Position numbers and translations under genes: made by a program | Part shown: one piece after another, positions 37,006-44,852 of the stretch | Layout: each line of letters begins with the position of its first letter | Position numbering within the stretch: position 1 is the stretch's first letter | Assembly (NCBI GenBank): GCA_050187625.1 | Contig: JBFWXH010000020.1 | Location: 15,355 to 79,354, forward strand | Length of the DNA: 64,000 nucleotides | Reading direction: 5' to 3' | Origin: Candidatus Binatia bacterium | GTDB lineage: Bacteria > Desulfobacterota > Binatia > Bin18 | Notes under the pieces: model-generated | What the model saw: the letters and a program-made list of their open reading frames with translations, nothing else | The model's database searches: none | Told to the model about the DNA's origin: nothing

Positions 37006-37041
37006 GCCCTTGGCCTGTGGTGCCTTTTTCGGAGGAGACCA

Positions 37042-37434
37042 ATGAGCACCGCTGACAACAAAAAACTCATTCAGGACGTCTTTGCGGCCTGGGCCAACGG
37101 CGACGGCATGGCCTTCTTTAACTTGTTAGCCGACACCGCTTCGTGGACGGTGATGGGAAATTGTCCAATTTCCGGAACCTATGTGGGCCGACAACGGTTA
37201 ATCGAAGAGGCGCTCAAACCCCAACGTGAGAAGCTGGCCGGTCCACCAACACCAACAGTGATCAATCTGATTGCCGAAGGAGACACCGTCGTCATTCAGT
37301 GGGTCGGTAAAGGAACCACCAAAACCGGCCAACCGTATAACAATAGCTACTGTTATGTCGTGCAGATCGAAGCCGGACGCATTGTCCGTGGAACCGCCTA
37401 TCTTGATACCGAATTGGTGCGATCGATTTGGTAA
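37042..37434 (+). CDS. SnoaL-like / NTF2-fold (ketosteroid-isomerase-like) protein
   Basis: ATG 37042 follows GGAGGAGA. NKKLIQDVFAAWANGDGMAFFNLLADTASWTVMG is a typical SnoaL_2 start. The ORF-track extension from 36988 lies inside the R2 repeat. Confidence 0.7.
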   Translation: MSTADNKKLIQDVFAAWANGDGMAFFNLLADTASWTVMGNCPISGTYVGRQRLIEEALKPQREKLAGPPTPTVINLIAEGDTVVIQWVGKGTTKTGQPYNNSYCYVVQIEAGRIVRGTAYLDTELVRSIW

Positions 37435-37545
37435 TCCGTAAAGACCTGGAGATTCTTCAAACTAATATGGGGTGACATTCCTAGACGATGGGACTATAGG
37501 AGGGTATTATTAATAGTTTGAACCACTCACCAGAAAGGAAGCAAC

Positions 37546-38676
37546 ATGAAAATAGGTATCCAAAACGTTTTCCCCGCTCACAAGGATTACAGCGATCGCG
37601 ACATGTACAAGCATGAGACGCGCTTGCTGATCGAAGCCGAAGGCATGGGGTTCGACATCATCTGGCCCGTCGAGCATCACTTCTTCGATTACTCGATGTG
37701 TCCTGACAACATGCAGTATCTCAGCTATATCGCCGCCCGCACCGAGAAAATGGAACTTGGCACCGGGGCTATCATCCTGCCTTGGAACAATCCGATGCGA
37801 GTAGTCGAAAAGATGGTGCTGCTCGATCACCTGTCTGACGGACGCGCAGTGCTCGGCCTTGGACGCGGGTTGTCACGGCGGGAATACGCCGGGTTCGGTG
37901 TCGATATGACCGAAGCCCGCGAGCGCTTCAACGAAGCTGCCGCCATTGTCGTGCAAGGGTTAGAGAGCGGTATCGTCGAAGCCAATACCAAGTATTATCA
38001 ACAATCGCGTATCGAAGTGCGTCCGCGCCCGTTCAAGAGCTTCAAGGGCCGTCGCTACATGGTGTGTATGTCGCCGGAGTCCTTCTCAGTCGCCGCGTCG
38101 CTGGGGCTTGGGGCAATGATGTTCTCACAGACCGCGTGGGAGAAAATGGCTCCGCAGCTGGAAGCGTATCGTGCAGAGTACCGCCAGCAGAACAATGGCG
38201 AGGAAGCACCACCGATCAGCATTGTGGATTTTATCTCGTGCTTTCCCACGCGCAAGAAAGCCGAAGAGGTCGCGCTACGCGGGATCACCGGCTATTACTG
38301 GAGTTTAATGGAGCATTACCGTATGGATGATGCGGCCAACTTCGCCACTACGGGTTCTTCATATCAGCACTACGCCAAAGCCGCCGAGCAGATCACCGCG
38401 GCTGGGCACGATGCGGTCATCGAAGAATTCATCGCCTCGAATCTCTGGGGCACGCCCGATATGATCCTCGCGACGCTACGTCATCGCCGTGAGGTGATTG
38501 GCGATTTCGAGGTCAACGGCGCGTTCAGCTATGACAGCACTCCGTACACCGATGTCGAGGAGAACATGCGCCTCTTCGCTAAGGAGATCGGACCAGAGGT
38601 CAAGAGCTGGCAACCGAAGGCTCCACGTCAGCCGGTTGATGTGCGCCCTGCTGCTGCATCCGCGACAGCGAAATAG
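37546..38676 (+). CDS. LLM-class flavin monooxygenase, LuxA/alkanal-monooxygenase-like (376 aa)
   Basis: GFDIIWPVEHHFFDYSMCPDNMQYLSYIAARTEKMELGTGAIILPW. Paralogue of 58370-59488. Confidence 0.8.
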   Translation: MKIGIQNVFPAHKDYSDRDMYKHETRLLIEAEGMGFDIIWPVEHHFFDYSMCPDNMQYLSYIAARTEKMELGTGAIILPWNNPMRVVEKMVLLDHLSDGRAVLGLGRGLSRREYAGFGVDMTEARERFNEAAAIVVQGLESGIVEANTKYYQQSRIEVRPRPFKSFKGRRYMVCMSPESFSVAASLGLGAMMFSQTAWEKMAPQLEAYRAEYRQQNNGEEAPPISIVDFISCFPTRKKAEEVALRGITGYYWSLMEHYRMDDAANFATTGSSYQHYAKAAEQITAAGHDAVIEEFIASNLWGTPDMILATLRHRREVIGDFEVNGAFSYDSTPYTDVEENMRLFAKEIGPEVKSWQPKAPRQPVDVRPAAASATAK

Positions 38677-38771
38677 TCAGGCTCTCCTGTCCAAGCCGGT
38701 CGTCCGAATTGCCTTGTGCATTCTCCGGGCGACCGCACGATAACCCGATTTACATACCGTAATGGAGGATC

Positions 38772-39575
38772 ATGGATCTCAAACTTGCAGGCAAGTCTGT
38801 GCTCGTCACTGGCGCGAGCAAAGGCATAGGCCAAGCCATCGCCGAAGCATTCGCGGCTGAAGGCGCTAGGGTGGCGCTGGCGGCCCGCTCGGCGCAAGAT
38901 CTCGAGCGTTTGGCTGCCGCAATTAACAAGACCGGTGGCGAAGCCATTGCATGCCCGACCGATCTGACGAAACCAGCGGAAGTCCAAGCCCTCGTTGACT
39001 CTGTCATCTCCCGCTTTGGCTCCATTCACGTGCTGGTGAATAATGCCGGTGGAGTGGTTGACGGGTTTCCCAAGTTCGAGGAACTCTCCGACGAGGAATG
39101 GTTCACCACCTTTGACGTGAACCTCTTTTCGACTGTTCGCCTGACGCGCGCCGTGCTCCCGCACATGCGGCAGCAACAATGGGGCCGCATTATCAACGTG
39201 TCCAGTGAGTTGGCGTTGCAGCCGGATGGCGACATGCCACATTATACTGCCGCCAAAGCCGCTATTCTTAATCTGACAAAGAATTTGTCAAAGGCGTATG
39301 CGCTCGATGGGATTTTGATTAACACGGTATCGCCAGGCATGATTGCCACTCCCGCAGTGGAGGAGATGGCCATAGAAACAGGCAAGCGCATGGGGATTTC
39401 CTCGACAGAAGTGCTGGCACGCTTTATTGCCAAACGCCGTCCCTCTCTTGCTCTTCGTCGCCCCGGCCAGTCAGAAGAAATTGCTGCGGTCGTCCTTTTC
39501 CTGGCCTCTGCAGCTGCGTCGTATATGACCGGCACAAATATCCGCGTTGATGGTGGGTCGGTGGCAGGGATATGA
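38772..39575 (+). CDS. SDR-family oxidoreductase (FabG-like)
   Basis: TGASKGIG cofactor motif, NNAG, catalytic YTAAK. Confidence 0.9.
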   Translation: MDLKLAGKSVLVTGASKGIGQAIAEAFAAEGARVALAARSAQDLERLAAAINKTGGEAIACPTDLTKPAEVQALVDSVISRFGSIHVLVNNAGGVVDGFPKFEELSDEEWFTTFDVNLFSTVRLTRAVLPHMRQQQWGRIINVSSELALQPDGDMPHYTAAKAAILNLTKNLSKAYALDGILINTVSPGMIATPAVEEMAIETGKRMGISSTEVLARFIAKRRPSLALRRPGQSEEIAAVVLFLASAAASYMTGTNIRVDGGSVAGI

Positions 39576-39784
39576 GTTCTGTGTGTGATGGTGAAATCGG
39601 CATGTAGCTCGGGCGGCATGTTCGTACAGTTAGGAAAGTTCATTGCCGAACATCGCAAGGAACTACAAGTAGCCCCTTTCTGGAGCTTGTTTCTTTTTTC
39701 ATATTTTATACAGACTACACCACTAATGAAAAACAGAATCTATGTACACTACACTCTCCACGCAAGACACGAGAACTTTTCCTG

Positions 39785-40843
39785 CTAGCTCACTAACCTG
39801 ATTGTTGAGGGACTCATCTTTAAATGATGAGCAAAATAATTTCGTGCAGTAACAAAGCGTAGAACCGTCTTGAAAATATCATGCATGAACGAACTCCATC
39901 CGCAGCTCCGTGATAGGAGATCAATACGACCGAAAATGTCAGGGGGCTTCTTGCTCAACTTGGTCAGGTCCCAGTTCTGTTTATCTGTGACCCTTCCTAA
40001 GATACTCCTGTCCTTGGATTTTTTTGGACACTGATTCTCAAAACCCTTGAATATATTAATAAGGTCGTCTGGGGCATTGGGGTCTACTATCTTTTCAAAG
40101 ATTGAACGGATTAAGATTTCTGTCCGAATAGATATCACAAGGAGAGAATCCAACGAAGAATTCAAGATTGCGTGCGCAGTCCTATAGAATGACACCCGAG
40201 CAAAAATCTCCTTGTAACTGTCCTCCCATCGTTTACTCACCTTAGCGAATCTCGCCATCATGATTGAACGGCCCTTTCGAGGAGGAAGGAAGTTCTCAAT
40301 ATTTTCGTATCCATTGAGAGCTTCCACAAAAGTATACGCTCGCCAGTAGTTCAGGTACGCCTCATATGGAGCAAACTTGTGCCCATTCGGATGCGCCTTG
40401 TATCTCAGAGTATCTGGTACTCTACTCAGAAATTTTTCGACAAAGTCGGTTTTCCATTTCTCCTGATCATACGGATGAAGGAGATCTTTGAGTGAAGAGG
40501 TTTCTCCCGGTACAAGCACGATATTAACCGAGTGATAGCTGGCGATTTCCACCGCTTTGTTAAGGCCTGGAACAAACTTTGCCTGACGTTGTGGGAAATT
40601 CTCATAGTTTAGGAAATATTTACGAGGGAGAAGGACGAAAAGGTCCAGCTCAACAACCTTTTCCCTAATGAGATCTACCAACGATATGCGATAAGGCAAT
40701 TTCGTAATATCGAGTATGCTCTTGAGATAGTGACCCAACCTACCATCGGCAACATGTCCTGTGATGGGTGGTAGGAAGAGCTGCGCGTCCAAATAGCGGC
40801 AGTCCATATCTATATTGTTGATACGCATTTTCCTGAGCATCAT
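39785..40843 (-). CDS. Low-GC orphan protein (352 aa) with C-terminal R-x4-H (HEPN-like) motif
   Basis: About 40% GC ORF in a ~58% GC context. The C-terminus VLRFVTARNYFAHHLKMS contains RNYFAH (encoded at 39824-39844). No other motif recognised. Confidence 0.55.
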   Translation of the reverse strand: MMLRKMRINNIDMDCRYLDAQLFLPPITGHVADGRLGHYLKSILDITKLPYRISLVDLIREKVVELDLFVLLPRKYFLNYENFPQRQAKFVPGLNKAVEIASYHSVNIVLVPGETSSLKDLLHPYDQEKWKTDFVEKFLSRVPDTLRYKAHPNGHKFAPYEAYLNYWRAYTFVEALNGYENIENFLPPRKGRSIMMARFAKVSKRWEDSYKEIFARVSFYRTAHAILNSSLDSLLVISIRTEILIRSIFEKIVDPNAPDDLINIFKGFENQCPKKSKDRSILGRVTDKQNWDLTKLSKKPPDIFGRIDLLSRSCGWSSFMHDIFKTVLRFVTARNYFAHHLKMSPSTIRLVS

Positions 40844-41104
40844 TTTTACCTTGAGCGCTCATTATCCTTGAGCCCCCCGATTACAATTCTGAGCCTTGGC
40901 CTCCATAGCCTTTTTCGGTGGCAGTGGAAAGCCTAATTCCAAGACTCAAAACCTCTTACACACACAAAACGGAGATAGTGAACGCAATCGAAACTTTTTT
41001 TTCCTCGCCTCATCTCCGGTAAACTTTCGGTCGAAAACCTCGACATTCAGTTCCCGCCCAGCATGGCCGAGGAAGCGGAGGCCAGGGCGTGAATCGCCCT
41101 CTAA

Positions 41105-41520
41105 AAATCCCACCGGGATTTCGTTCTCTAGCCCAGGGTTGGCACAACCCTGGGGAATCAAATCGCGATGAATTCCCAACCCCACAGGGGTTGCGTCAAC
41201 ATTGAACCGCCTCACGGCCACAACCCCGTTGGGGTTGATGACTACGATCTTACGGCCCCAGGGTAGCTCGTCCCTCGCAACCCTGGGCTTTGCACCATAA
41301 TCCCTTCGGGATTGCGCAAATGAAGATCAAAGATCAGCTTTGTGTTACAATCCCTTCGAGATTGGACAAATGAAAACCCTGACGTTATTTAGCAATCCCA
41401 TGGGGATTGAATGCACAAAAATCCCAACGGGATTCCATCCTCCAGCCCCAGGTTGCCACAACGCGGCAACCTGGGGAGAACGAGCCAATATCCCTATACC
41501 AGCAACCCCAAGGGGGTTGC
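41105..41520. repeat. REP hairpin array upstream of the RAYT gene (three hairpin classes)
   Basis: Class A is CAACCCC-NNN-GGGGTTG. Class B is AATCCC-NNN-GGGATT. Class C is CCCAGGGTTGC-N-GCAACCCTGGG. At least 10 hairpins with irregular spacing. Confidence 0.8.
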
Positions 41521-41538
41521 ACCAACCCACCTGACGCC

Positions 41539-41994
41539 ATGCCCCAATCCCTCTCCGCTATTTATATTCACCTGACCTTTTCAACAAAAGAGCGAAGGCC
41601 GTTGCTCCGCGATAAACCCCTCCGTGACAAACTCCATGCGCAACTGGGCTGCATTAGCAAAACTCTTGGCTGTCCGCCGCTGATCGTGGGCGGCGTGGAA
41701 GACCATGTACATCTCCTGTGTCGCTTCGGTCGTACGATTACGCAGGCGGAATGGGTGAAGGAGTTGAAGCGCGTGTCTAACGGCTGGCTTAAAGAGCAAG
41801 GAAGTGGCTACGCCGATTTCGCCTGGCAGGGCGGCTACGCCGATTTCTCCGTTAGTCAGTCTAATCTTGCACGGGTGAAGCAATACATCGCGAGCCAGGA
41901 GGAACATCATCACAAACTGACGTTTCAGGACGAATTGCGCACGTTGTTGCAGAGACATGGAATCGAATTTGACGAACGCTATGTTTGGGATTGA
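41539..41994 (+). mobile_element. REP-associated tyrosine transposase (RAYT; IS200/IS605 TnpA-like Y1 HUH enzyme)
   Basis: Start MPQSLSAIYIHLTFSTKERRP. HUH motif VEDHVHLL, Tyr region WQGGYADFSVS, C-terminal YIASQEEHH. Confidence 0.85.
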
Positions 41995-41998
41995 GGCG

Positions 41999-42088
41999 CA
42001 ACCCCATTGGGGTTGTATTCCCCCTCACCAATTACCCAGGGTTGCTCTTGCAACCCTGGGCTGCATTTCGCAATCCCTTTGGGATTGC
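41999..42088. repeat. REP hairpins downstream of the RAYT gene
   Basis: caaccccattggggttg, cccagggttgctcttgcaaccctggg, gcaatccctttgggattgc. Confidence 0.8.
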
Positions 42089-42192
42089 TGCCCAACCCAA
42101 CAATAGAGGGCACAACCCAGTCTTCTCTTGTGCGTAACGCGCTTCTGTGCCACCATCGTCAATCGCATTGACTATAGAGAACAGGCGACACC

Positions 42193-42534
42193 ATGACAGC
42201 TTTCGCCATTCGCACCGATCAGAAAGAGACAGGCAAACGTCAGTTCCGCGCAATCGCTGGAGACCGCCAAAGTCTCGGAAGAACTATGGGGGAAGCGCTC
42301 GATGCATTAACGGTGGAATGGGGAGACGATGTTCAGGAAACGGTGGTGTTGATTCAACGGTTTCAGCCGGATCAATACTTTACTCAGGCGCTGTATGATC
42401 GGATGCAGGCGTTGCTCGCCCGTCGTTCCACTTTGACGCCGAAAGAGCGCACAGAACTCGAAGCTCTCATTGATGCTGAAGTAGACGCAATTGTCGCGCG
42501 CACGGAAACGCGCGTGCGTCCACAGCAGCCGTGA
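42193..42534 (+). CDS. Small hypothetical protein (113 aa), 4-nt overlap with HNH remnant
   Basis: Plausible protein composition. Its stop TGA overlaps the GTG of the next ORF (GTGA). Confidence 0.45.
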   Translation: MTAFAIRTDQKETGKRQFRAIAGDRQSLGRTMGEALDALTVEWGDDVQETVVLIQRFQPDQYFTQALYDRMQALLARRSTLTPKERTELEALIDAEVDAIVARTETRVRPQQP

Positions 42535-42600
42535 ATGCGCGATATCCTGCGATTGCTGAACGTGCAACCTATAGGTGCGAGTATTGTCTCCACCTGAAAG
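42531..42600 (+). pseudogene. 5' remnant of an HNH endonuclease gene
   Basis: RYPAIAERATYRCEYC is the usual N-terminal first Cys pair of small HNH endonucleases. Similarity ends at the inverted repeat at 42585. Confidence 0.35.
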
Positions 42601-42630
42601 TGTTTTCAATTTTCCTTTCAGGTGGAGACA
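42585..42630. repeat. Perfect 16-bp inverted repeat with 14-nt loop
   Basis: tgtctccacctgaaag-tgttttcaattttc-ctttcaggtggagaca. Confidence 0.85.
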
Positions 42631-42688
42631 ACTCGGAGTATTCCCTTAACGCCTCTGTTGACGAAAGAACTGAAAACCGGGACACGTC

Positions 42689-44691
42689 ATGCCTAACTTC
42701 ATCTCCGAGGACCAGATTGAGCGGGCGCTGGTGCAAAAGCTGCAACAGCTGCATAGTTTCGACACGCTCGACTGCTATACAGAAGACCCGGAGGATTTAC
42801 ACGATGGCTCGGGCCGCACCAACAAACGCGACGTTATCCTCGTGGATCGGGTCAAGGAAGCCGCTATCCGCCTGAACCCGACCATTCCGCCAAAAATCAT
42901 TGATGACGCGATGGAAAAGCTGCTCGACCGGCGTCAGGCCATGTCGCTCGTCGCCGCCAATCATGAGATGTACAACTTGCTGCGCGACGGTATTCCGATA
43001 GAGTTCGACAACGCGCAAGGCCAGAAGCAGCAAGACCGAGTGAGACTGATTTACTTCAACGAACCGAAAGAGAACCGGTATTTGGCCGTTACGCAACTGT
43101 GGATCAAAGGCGAACGCGGCTTCCGCCGTCCCGACGTGTTGCTGTATGTCAACGGCATTCCCCTGGTCTTCATCGAACTGAAAAACTCGAACGTCAAGCT
43201 CAAGACCGCGTTTACTACAAAGACACTCAGAAAATCATCGCTCAGAACCATCAGTTCATCGGCGTGAATCACGCCTACGAGACGTTCCTCAAACGCGAGG
43301 AGTTGCAAGGTAAGCTCGGCGTGTTCTGGCACACACAGGGTTCGGGCAAGAGTTTTTCGATGATTTTCTACGTGCGCAAGATTTTCCGTAAACAGGTGGG
43401 AAACTTTACCTTCGTCGTGGTCACCGACCGTGACGATTTAGACGGGCAGATTTATCGCAACTTCCTCCATACCGGCACGGTCACCAAAGCTGAAGCCGCC
43501 CAGCCGAAAAATAGCGAGGAGATGCGCAAGTTCCTCGGGCAAAACAAACGGCTGGTTTTTACCTTGATTCACAAATTTCGCTGGCCCAAAGGCAAGACCT
43601 ATCCTGTGCTCTCGCCTCGCAACGATATCATCGTGATTGTGGACGAGGCCCACCGCACGCAATACAAGATCTCGCGGAGAACATGCGGGCTGGACTGAAG
43701 AACGCCCAGTATCTCGCTTTTACCGGTACGCCGTTGCGGGCGAGACCGCAAGACGAACCAGTGGTTCGGCGATTACGTTTCTGAGTACAACTTCCAGCAA
43801 TCCATGGACGACGGCGCCACCGTGCTGCTGTTCTACAAGAAACGTGTCCCACAAGTGCTAATTCAGAACGAAAATCTCAGCGAAGAGTTCTATGAGATTC
43901 TGGAGGACGAGAACCTTGATGACGCCCAGCAAGCAAAGCTGGAGAACCGCTTCGCGGCGGAAGTGGAAGTGGTCAAACGTGATGACCGCCTGGAACGGAT
44001 CGCTCGAGACATCGTCTATCACTTTCCCCGGCGCGGCTACCTCGGCAAAGGCATGGTCGTCTCGCTCGACAAATTCACTGCTGTGAAGATGTATGACAAA
44101 GTCCAGCGCCTATGGAAGGAGGAGATTAAAAACCTGCGTGGACGGATCGCTCGCTCCGTGGATGACCTAGAAAAAAGACGCTTGCAAAAGCGTCTGGACT
44201 ACATGCGGTCGGTGGAGATGGCGGTCATCGTAAGCGAGGATGCTGACGAGGAAAAAAAGTTCACCAAACAGCAGCTGACTATCAAACCACACCGCGAACG
44301 GATGAACACCGTGGACGAGCATGGGCACGATGTAGAATACAACTTCAAAGACCCTGCACATCCGCTGCAACTAGTTTTTGTCTGCGCGATGTGGTTGACG
44401 GGTTTCGACGCACCCACTGTATCAACTTTGTATCTCGACAAGCCGATGAAGGATCACACGTTGATGCAGACTATTGCCCGCGCCAACCGTGTCACCTCCT
44501 GGAAGATCAACGGCGTCGAGAAGAAGAACGGTGAGATCGTCGATTACTACAACGTGTTCCGCAGTATGCGGAAGGCGCTACGGGATTATGCGCAGGGCCA
44601 GGAAGGACAGGAGCAGCCGCCAGTGCAAGAGAAGAAAGTGCTGTTCACGCTGCTTGACGACGCCAACCAGGGATTGAAATGGGCGGCGTGA
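42689..44691 (+). pseudogene. hsdR: Decayed type-I restriction enzyme R subunit
   Basis: The N-domain (MPNFISEDQIERALV...RPDVLLYVNGIPLVFIELK), helicase motif I (HTQGSGKS), DEAH box (VDEAHRTQY), LAENMRAGLKNAQYLAFTGTPL and DDGATVLLFY lie in three different frames. About 100 aa are missing after IELK. No hsdM or hsdS nearby. Confidence 0.8.
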
Positions 44692-44852
44692 GTGAAGAAG
44701 CAAAAAAGAGAAAACAAACTCTCAGTCACGATCATTGCTTCCATACGCAGCCTCTACTCAGCTTCTGCTCTAATTCTTGACTGCACAAGGTGCCTGCGAT
44801 AGCGTGTCCTTAATTTCATGTCAGCAGTATTTGCGACATAGGGAGGTAGATT

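Noticed and set aside
40896-41221. ORFs 40896-41171 (+), 40946-41221 (-), 41340-41534 (+) and 41345-41530 (-)
   Set aside because: They are translated REP hairpins (NPVGV / QPWG-type peptides), open on both strands because of the palindromy. They are not genes.
41105-42088. The repeat array was considered as a possible CRISPR locus
   Set aside because: The repeats are 15-30-nt self-complementary hairpins of three different sequences with irregular spacing. There are no uniform spacers and no cas genes. A RAYT gene sits in the middle, which is the REP/BIME signature.
44777-44805. Sigma-70-like promoter upstream of the HAPMO-like BVMO (TTGACT, 17 nt, TAGCGT)
   Set aside because: The -35 box is good but the -10 matches only 3 of 6 positions. 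The organism's promoter consensus is unknown. The support is too weak to annotate.
39576-44852. Prophage or integrative element interpretation of the low-GC and defence segment (and likewise for 10186-11340)
   Set aside because: I found no integrase, recombinase, phage structural gene, tRNA target or long direct repeats. Only the Y1 RAYT is present, and it mobilises REPs rather than islands.
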